Part shown: positions 27,456 through 33,583 of the stretch, piece by piece
How the letters are laid out: each line of letters opens with the position of its first letter
Position numbering within the stretch: the first letter of the stretch is position 1
DNA from: Minisyncoccota bacterium
GTDB lineage: Bacteria; Verrucomicrobiota; Lentisphaeria; Oligosphaerales; MVZH01
Direction of reading: 5' to 3'
NCBI GenBank assembly: GCA_021734725.1
Contig: JAIPIM010000002.1
Location: forward strand, 1 to 33,583
DNA: 33,583 nt
Translations under genes and position numbers: made by a program
The notes under the pieces: model-generated
The model's input: the letters and a program-made list of their open reading frames with translations, nothing else
The model's database searches: none
What the model was told of the DNA's origin: nothing

Positions 27456-29474
27456 ATGTCGACACAACCTGAATGGTTCCGAACGCACATCCGTCAAGTG
27501 CACATGGACTTTCACATGCCGGAGTTCCCGATCGAGGCGATCCGGAACTTCAACGCCGAGGAGTTCGTCGGGCACCTGCTGCACGGCAAGGTGAACATGA
27601 TCGCGCTGTTCGCCAAATGCCATTTCGGCAATTCCTTCTACAACACGAAGGTGGGCCACAAGCACAGCGGCCTGGAGAACGACTTCCTGCGGGAAGCGGC
27701 CGAGGAGTGCAGGAAGCACGGCATCAAGACGATTGCCTACTACTCGCTGTGCTGCGATCTCCGCGCCTACCAGACCTGCCCCCACTGGGCGGCGACCGAT
27801 GCGCAGGGCAAGCCCCTGCCGGTAACCGGCCCATGGGGGCGGGTCTGCATCAACACACCGTATCGCGAGGAACTGGCCCTGCCCCAACTGGAAGAGATCG
27901 CCGCCGACTACCCCGTGGACGGCTTCTTCATCGACATTCCCTTCGTGCCGCAGTGCTTCTGCAAGTATTGCAGGACCAAGTTCCAGCTCATGTACGGCCG
28001 GGAACTGAGTGAAGACCTCCCCCGGGTCGAGCGCACGGCGTTTATCCAGAATTCCTGTGGCCGGTTCCTGAAGGAGTTGCGCGCGATCGCGAACAGGCAC
28101 AACCCCGAGCTCAAGATCGTGACCAACGCATCCTGTCGCCACAACTCGGCCCGGACATTCTCGGAGCAGAGCGACTATGGCGTCTGGGAAAGCCAGCCGC
28201 ACAACAACTACCTCTCGCACAGCTTTGCCGCCCGCAGCGTGCGCACGCTGGACATGCCCGTTCAGGTCATGTCGGTACGGTTCTATCAAGGCTGGGGCGA
28301 TCTGACACTCAAGCCGGCCGCCCAGATGACCACCGAGTTCGCGGCAATGATCGGCAACGGCGGCGTTGCCAGTTCCGGCGACCAGGTGAACGTGGACGGC
28401 ACCCTGCAGACGCCGGTCTACGACATGTTCCGCGGCGCGTTTGGTTTCGTTGAAGAGCGCGAGAAGCTCCTCTTCGGCGCCGTTTCTGTTCCTGATACCG
28501 CCGTGCTGGCTCCGGTGCCGCGCCCTGATTATCCGCCGGAGCACGTTGCGGGCGAAGCGATGCTGGGCGCCCACAAGGCGCTGGTGGAGAGCCACGTGCA
28601 ATTCGACATCCTGAGCTCCCTGGATCTGGACAGGCTGGGCAGTTACCGGTTCGTCGTGCTCACCGAGCCCTGCGACTTCGGCCCCGACGTCTTCCCTGCC
28701 CTGAGGGAGTGGGTTGCCGGCGGTGGAACGTTGGTCGCGGTCGGCGACTCGGTACTCGGCAATCGGGCGGATGTCCATCTTGCCGACGTTTTCGGCCTCG
28801 AATACCTGGAACCTTCGGTGTTCTCCGTGAGCCATTTCCGCCCGCGTCCCGAACTCCGCGGCGAGACCGACGATCTGCCGCTGCAGTGTCGCGGCCGCAG
28901 CTACAAAGTCATTCCGACAACCGCAACGGTCCTGGCCGACTACATCTACCCCCTGATCGAGACGAGCCAGACGTATGCCTTCCGCAACGTGCAGTGCCCG
29001 CCGCCATCAGCCAAAGCGTCACCGTATCCCTTCACAACCGTCAACACTTATGGCAACGGCCGCGCCGTCTACGTCGCCGGCTCGATCTTCCGAATCTACT
29101 GGCAGACGAATCACCACTGGCTTCGGCAGTTCGTGGAAGCGCTCTGGAACCACCTTGACCCGAACCCGCTCTACCGCGTCGACATTCCGGGTGTTGTTGA
29201 AACGAACCTGATGACGGCGGCCTCCGGCGACCGCTTGCTCAACCTGATCCACTACCAGGTCGGGCACCAAGGCAGCGCCGGGGCCATCCCTTCGGTGGAA
29301 AAAGTCCATCCGCTGCGCGACGTGGCATGCCAGGTGAAAGCAGCCGGCGTGCAGCGCGTAGTCCTGGAGCCCGAGGGCACCCGGCTGGCCTTCGAGGAGC
29401 GTGACGGCTACGCTTGCTTCAGCGTCCCCTGCATCAAGTACCTCGCCATCGTGCGGGTTGTTGCCGCGGGATGA
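27456..29474 (+). CDS. GHL6-like putative glycoside hydrolase (TIM barrel) with a beta-galactosidase-trimerisation-like (GATase1-fold) domain; no signal peptide
   Basis: I start it at ATG 27456 (GGAGG upstream), not at ORF-track 27291, which overlaps the previous gene. IRQVHMDFHMPEFP...FNAEEFVGHLLHGKVNMIALFAKCHFGNSFYNTKVG...ECRKHGIKTIAYYS matches my memory of GHL6 N-termini. A later VVLTEPCDFGPDVFPALREWVAGGGTLVAVGDS block is also present. Confidence 0.6.
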   Translation: MSTQPEWFRTHIRQVHMDFHMPEFPIEAIRNFNAEEFVGHLLHGKVNMIALFAKCHFGNSFYNTKVGHKHSGLENDFLREAAEECRKHGIKTIAYYSLCCDLRAYQTCPHWAATDAQGKPLPVTGPWGRVCINTPYREELALPQLEEIAADYPVDGFFIDIPFVPQCFCKYCRTKFQLMYGRELSEDLPRVERTAFIQNSCGRFLKELRAIANRHNPELKIVTNASCRHNSARTFSEQSDYGVWESQPHNNYLSHSFAARSVRTLDMPVQVMSVRFYQGWGDLTLKPAAQMTTEFAAMIGNGGVASSGDQVNVDGTLQTPVYDMFRGAFGFVEEREKLLFGAVSVPDTAVLAPVPRPDYPPEHVAGEAMLGAHKALVESHVQFDILSSLDLDRLGSYRFVVLTEPCDFGPDVFPALREWVAGGGTLVAVGDSVLGNRADVHLADVFGLEYLEPSVFSVSHFRPRPELRGETDDLPLQCRGRSYKVIPTTATVLADYIYPLIETSQTYAFRNVQCPPPSAKASPYPFTTVNTYGNGRAVYVAGSIFRIYWQTNHHWLRQFVEALWNHLDPNPLYRVDIPGVVETNLMTAASGDRLLNLIHYQVGHQGSAGAIPSVEKVHPLRDVACQVKAAGVQRVVLEPEGTRLAFEERDGYACFSVPCIKYLAIVRVVAAG

Positions 29475-29555
29475 TTGTGTGAGATCCCGCGTCCACGTGA
29501 CAAGGGAGTCGGGCCTGTGATTTGCACGAAACGTAACTGGGAAAGGACTACGGAC

Positions 29556-31076
29556 ATGTCGCCTCAAGTATTCGATGTCGGAGATCGAAAACAGCTGTTC
29601 ATTGACGACCGCTGGTTTGATGAGTCTCAGGGGATGAGCCTACGGGTCAACCCTCCGGTCAAGCATGACCGGGTTCTGCTGCCTGAAACGCCCTGGGAAG
29701 AAATGCGGATCGGCTCCTATTCCACGATCATCGAGGATGAGGGCGTTTACCGTATGTGGTATGATGCCAATGCCGGCGACACTCCGAAAGGAAGGCCGCA
29801 TAGACGTTGCGTCTGCTACGCTGAAAGTGGCGACGGGATCAACTGGCGCCGGAAGAACGTCAACCTCTACCAATGGGAAGGCATTACCGAGAACAACATC
29901 GTCATGACCGGCCAAGGCGCGATAATGAAAGATCCCGTCGGCCCCGCCGAACACCGCTACAAGGCCCTGGTAGGCACGCATGAAAACGATGTATGGCCCG
30001 AATCCAAAGGAGCTGTCACGGGATATTGGGAAGGGGACAGATTCGTCGCCCGCATGGAACTCTATCTCTGCACCAGTCCCGACGGAATTCGCTGGCGCAA
30101 ACTCGGCGCGGTCTCGGACTATTTCCATGACACACACAATCAGCTGGTTTACGACCGCTCCCTGAGACGGCATGTCGCCTATGTGCGTACGCACGCCCGC
30201 GGTCGCACCGTGGGGCGGCTCGAGGTTGCCGATCCACTGACGCTGCCGTGGATCCCGCTGGGGCTCGAGCGCGAGGAAAAGGCCGCGCATTTCCAGGTCG
30301 CCGCGCAAACCGATGCCGCGGACCCCGTCGACACCGACCTGTATACACCGTGCGTTCACAAGTACCCGTGGGCGGACGATGCGTACTTCAGTTTCACAAC
30401 CCCATACCGCCACTATCCTGTAGGCGACACCACTGACACGACGCTCCTGGGGCCAGACACCCGCGGGCGTTTTCGAAATGACGGGCCGGTGGAGGTGCAA
30501 CTGGGGGTCAGTCGCGACGGGGTAAGGTTTTCACGCCCCGACCGTCGGCCGTACGTACCGCTCGGTCTGGATGGTGCATGGGACGGCGGCCAACTCTACA
30601 TGTGCGTGGGAATGTTGCGGAAAGGGCCGGAAATCTGGATGTATTACGCTGGGACCAGTCATACACACGGCGCGTACGATCCGAAAAAGGCAACCCGCGA
30701 GGGGGGCATTGGTCGGCTGGTTCAGCGTCTGGATGGCTTCATCTCCGCGGACGCCGACTATCGGGGGGCCTCTTTCGTTACCCCGGCTCTACGATTCTCG
30801 GGCGCCCATCTGCGATTGAACGTGGACTGCTCCGCTTTGGGAGAAGTATGGGTCGAAATGCGTGACGAAAACGGACACCCGATTCCAGGCTACTCGCTCG
30901 ACGAATGCATCGGCGTGGACCGTAACCATGTCGATGCCGCCGTGCGCTGGCGCGAAAGAACCGATCTGCGCGAGCTGGCCGGGCGCCCGATCCGTATGCA
31001 TTTCAGGCTGTCTGCATGCAAACTGTACGCATTCCAATTTACCAGCAACAGGGAAACGAACGCGGCAGAGCAGTGA
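29556..31076 (+). CDS. Uncharacterised beta-propeller / glycosidase-like protein; no signal peptide
   Basis: I start it at ATG 29556 (GAAAGGA upstream). The N-terminus is QLFIDDRWFDESQGMSLRVNPPVKHDRVLLPETPWEEMRIGSYSTIIEDEGVYRMWYDA. Recurring ..SPDGI.W.. / ..S.DG..F.. blade-like motifs resemble GH32/43/130-type propeller proteins found in PVC polysaccharide loci. The family is not assigned. Confidence 0.5.
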   Translation: MSPQVFDVGDRKQLFIDDRWFDESQGMSLRVNPPVKHDRVLLPETPWEEMRIGSYSTIIEDEGVYRMWYDANAGDTPKGRPHRRCVCYAESGDGINWRRKNVNLYQWEGITENNIVMTGQGAIMKDPVGPAEHRYKALVGTHENDVWPESKGAVTGYWEGDRFVARMELYLCTSPDGIRWRKLGAVSDYFHDTHNQLVYDRSLRRHVAYVRTHARGRTVGRLEVADPLTLPWIPLGLEREEKAAHFQVAAQTDAADPVDTDLYTPCVHKYPWADDAYFSFTTPYRHYPVGDTTDTTLLGPDTRGRFRNDGPVEVQLGVSRDGVRFSRPDRRPYVPLGLDGAWDGGQLYMCVGMLRKGPEIWMYYAGTSHTHGAYDPKKATREGGIGRLVQRLDGFISADADYRGASFVTPALRFSGAHLRLNVDCSALGEVWVEMRDENGHPIPGYSLDECIGVDRNHVDAAVRWRERTDLRELAGRPIRMHFRLSACKLYAFQFTSNRETNAAEQ

Positions 31077-31117
31077 GCGAGATTGAGTCATCCCTGTACG
31101 AACGGAGAAACCCCACG

Positions 31118-31564
31118 ATGATCCATGTCGATTTTACCAAGTCAATTGGCTCAATCCGAGCCATTCACGGGATTAACGACGGGCCGCTTTGCCTTAACGG
31201 CGGTCCGCCCGGAACCAATGGGAATCATTCGCCCTATTTCAGAGAGATCGGCTTCCCGACCGTGCGCTTGCATGACTGTGAGCGTGTCTGGCGGTTCAGT
31301 CCGGCCCGAGATCGTGCGCTCGACGGTGGGAGTGTCGCGGCAACATGCAAAGGGACTGAGATCAGTGGAGGCTCTGGCAAAACCCAACGCGGCTCGCGTG
31401 GGGTTCTGCAGGAGCCTCAGTGTTCACGAAAGACCAGGACAAATCCGTCGGGCTCTGGTGGAGCACTGCCGACATCCGCAACAAACCGATCTGCCTGGTG
31501 GATCCCCCTCGCGGCATCGATCATTCGAGAGAGCGGAACACCCGGCGGCAAGGTGACAACATGA
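31118..31564 (+). pseudogene. Probable remnant of a TIM-barrel glycoside hydrolase gene (GH39-like N-terminus only)
   Basis: The first 55 codons (31118-31282) read MIHVDFTKSIGSIRAIHGINDGPLCLNGGPPGTNGNHSPYFREIGFPTVRLHDCE, like the N-terminus of GH39-type enzymes. The remaining ~93 codons are R/G/S-rich with no hydrolase features. The stop overlaps the next gene's ATG (ATGA at 31561-31564). Confidence 0.4.
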
Positions 31565-33583
31565 CCACCCGGCGCATGGTGTTGGGCAGATGCATGACTG
31601 CTTGCTGTCTGCTGCTGCTGCCGAGATCGGTCCCTGCGGCCGAGGCCGTGCTGCCGGGCAGTATCCCAAGTATCGACGACCATGCGATCCTGCAACAGAT
31701 GCCCGGCACCGACTACCGGATGCCGCCGCGGTTAATGACGCCCGAGTTCGTCGACAAACTGAAGCGCAAGGAGATCGGGGGGCGGTGGTGGTTCGACGCG
31801 CGGCCCGCCAGCGCGGCCCGGTGGACCAAGATTCCCGACGAGCGCTGGACCGAGCTGATCAGTGACTTCGCGCCCGTGAGCATGAAGGGGTGCAACACCC
31901 GCTTCGGTGGTGCCGATCCATTCAACAACACCCACTACTTCCGCGGAGTCCGCATGTCGGTGGAGGACTTCTTCGAGACTCCGTTCCAGGCCCGGACGGT
32001 AGACGGAGATTACATTGTCTACGCAAGGGAGGAGGACATGCCAGGCGATTATCGCTGGCGACCGAATCGCACGGTCGATATCCCGCATCTTGACGGAACC
32101 GTTCATCCATATCGGTTCTCCGTTCCCGACAAACCTGAAATCAAAGACGCTCCGCCCGGGTACAACTCGGGCCGCAGAAATTGGTTGTGCCCGGCTGGCG
32201 AGGTGTGGCGCGCGCGTCTGGCGATCATTATGCGGCACGCGATTCCCGAACTCGCCGCGGCCGTGTTCTGGAACGACGATGCCGACGCCGAACACACGCT
32301 GGCCGTGATACTCGACCGTATCGCCGACGTCTATCCCGAACTACCGCTGATCAGCCAGCATGTTGGACACGGCTTCGCGCGCAACCGCGACGGCAGCGAT
32401 TACCTCGACTTGGAGGGCTACCGCTCCGTCGAACCGGAAATGCCCTTCCCGAATTGGAACCATAAGCCGTTCTGGTTCCACTACATCTACGACTACAGCT
32501 ACGGCAAGCTCAACTACGGCATCGGCTACTGGACCGACGGCATCATGCTGGAAATGGGTAAAATCGCTCGATGTATCGACTTGCTTCGCGACCGTGAAGG
32601 CGTCCAAGCCTACAGCCGGCGGAAGTACGGCGATCCGGAGGCATGGCATCGCAAGATGGTCTCCGGGTTTCTGGAGCCGGCGCGGAAACTGGCCTACGCC
32701 ACGCCACCGACTCAGGGCAATACCAGCTACAGCTTTGTCAAAGGCGCGGTGGAACTGGGGCTGGTCGCGCAGGACCGCTATATCTTCGAGCGTGGGCTAT
32801 CCGTGATCGAGATGTATGTACCGAACAACTGGCTGAACGACGGCATGGCGCTGGACGGCGCCTTCAACTACGCCGGCATGACCTACAGCATCATCGGCTA
32901 CCGCTGGATGAACAAGCTCTTCGGCGGCCTCGATCTGAACGAACGCTACCCCATTCTGAATCGCGCCGACGAGCTTGGGGCACGCCCTGTGCGCACCTTG
33001 TACGACATCGCCAGCAAGCACGCGGATCAGCACACACGGTTCTACCGTAGCCGAAGCACACGTTATCCACCCCCGGCTCCCGATGCTATCCCTTACGCCC
33101 GACACGAACACAGCCAGTGCCTGCCCGCCTATGGCCTGACCTGCCTGCGCGGCGGCGCGCCCGGCAGCCGCCTGGAACTGATCATCGACCACCAGAACAC
33201 ACCCAACCACGTGCAGAAGTCGAAGATGAATATCCAGTTGTTCTACGAAGGCGTTGAATTGCTGCCCGATTTCGGCTACGCGGTTGGCATTACGGATGTC
33301 ACCAGAGAGCCCTGGTCCAGAGTCCAGCTGGACTATGAACTGCTCGGCTCACCCGATGCCGAAAACAAACATGATCCATACCGACATTGCTATACTCAAC
33401 AGCCCGAGGCCCACTGCGTGGCCACGGTCGATCACTACCTGTACGACGTGGTGCCAACGACGCTGCACGCCTATCTCGGCGGCCAGCCCCCGACCGATCC
33501 GGCCTACTGGACGCAGTTCGTCGACGCCGGCGGCGAGATGCTTTTCGCGGGTCGCCCCAACCCCGTGGACGTCTTCCGCCGGC
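31561..33583 (+). CDS. Exported heparinase II/III-like protein, second paralogue, 3'-truncated by the window edge
   Basis: It is not in the supplied ORF track because it has no stop in the window. Hand translation from ATG 31561 gives 674 stop-free codons. The signal peptide is MTTRRMVLGRCMTACCLLLLPRSVPAAEA. The heparinase II/III-like block is LTCLRGG...IIDHQNTPNHVQKSKMNIQLFYEGVELLPDFGYA. Confidence 0.7.
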   Translation, partial: MTTRRMVLGRCMTACCLLLLPRSVPAAEAVLPGSIPSIDDHAILQQMPGTDYRMPPRLMTPEFVDKLKRKEIGGRWWFDARPASAARWTKIPDERWTELISDFAPVSMKGCNTRFGGADPFNNTHYFRGVRMSVEDFFETPFQARTVDGDYIVYAREEDMPGDYRWRPNRTVDIPHLDGTVHPYRFSVPDKPEIKDAPPGYNSGRRNWLCPAGEVWRARLAIIMRHAIPELAAAVFWNDDADAEHTLAVILDRIADVYPELPLISQHVGHGFARNRDGSDYLDLEGYRSVEPEMPFPNWNHKPFWFHYIYDYSYGKLNYGIGYWTDGIMLEMGKIARCIDLLRDREGVQAYSRRKYGDPEAWHRKMVSGFLEPARKLAYATPPTQGNTSYSFVKGAVELGLVAQDRYIFERGLSVIEMYVPNNWLNDGMALDGAFNYAGMTYSIIGYRWMNKLFGGLDLNERYPILNRADELGARPVRTLYDIASKHADQHTRFYRSRSTRYPPPAPDAIPYARHEHSQCLPAYGLTCLRGGAPGSRLELIIDHQNTPNHVQKSKMNIQLFYEGVELLPDFGYAVGITDVTREPWSRVQLDYELLGSPDAENKHDPYRHCYTQQPEAHCVATVDHYLYDVVPTTLHAYLGGQPPTDPAYWTQFVDAGGEMLFAGRPNPVDVFRR

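Noticed and set aside
24749-28835. Several long minus-strand ORFs (24749-25933, 25943-26659, 26717-27382, 27351-28835) and overlapping + strand alternative-frame ORFs
   Set aside because: All lie inside the heparinase-like and GHL6-like CDS, which carry signal peptides and family motifs. Their translations are low-complexity (R/A/G/P/V-rich). They are shadow ORFs of a GC-rich region.
23891-33583. Impression of a higher-GC island starting at the right inverted repeat
   Set aside because: Spot counts of single 60-nt lines overlapped: roughly 45-58 percent in the left part versus roughly 55-77 percent in the right part, and the PEP-CTERM gene was also high. Without a sliding-window GC and codon-usage calculation I cannot support a compositional boundary.

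Overview
This is a 33.6-kb bacterial chromosomal segment. All functional calls come from motifs I recognised by eye in the supplied translations; no database search was run. The gene content suggests a PVC-group organism (Verrucomicrobiota, Kiritimatiellota, Lentisphaerota or Planctomycetota), but that is inference only. The supporting genes are a PEP-CTERM surface protein with autotransporter-type beta-strand repeats, a prepilin-type H-X9-DG (DUF1559-like) protein, heparinase II/III-like lyases and a GHL6-like hydrolase. I call 21 CDS, one probable glycoside-hydrolase gene remnant and one transposase relic. I saw no rRNA, tRNA or CRISPR array.

Layout, left to right:
- 2-1566 (-): two translationally coupled membrane-anchored coiled-coil proteins.
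- 1838-3226 (+): alginate-export-like outer-membrane barrel.
- 3504-5192 (-): araB. 5436-7148 (+): recJ.
- about 7226-7330: transposase relic.
- 7394-13346 (-): five-gene TetR / TolC / HlyD-adaptor / ABC-ATPase / FtsX-permease (MacAB-type) efflux operon, with a palindromic operator.
- 13662-19521 (+): uncharacterised cluster of a B12-binding radical SAM enzyme, an exported 29-aa-repeat protein, a transglutaminase-like protein and a DUF89 phosphatase.
- 19868-20806 (+): lipoprotein MsrB-MsrA fusion.
- 21092-23845: a 2.6-kb PEP-CTERM plus pseudopilin cassette bracketed by 57-nt inverted repeats.
- 23891 to the window end (+): polysaccharide-degradation locus with two heparinase II/III-like proteins, a GHL6-like hydrolase and a beta-propeller-like protein.

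The last gene (31561-33583) runs off the window and is missing from the supplied ORF track; I verified it by hand translation.

The most unusual items are the inverted-repeat-bracketed cassette, the radical-SAM / repeat-protein / transglutaminase cluster, and the structured leader upstream of the radical SAM gene.
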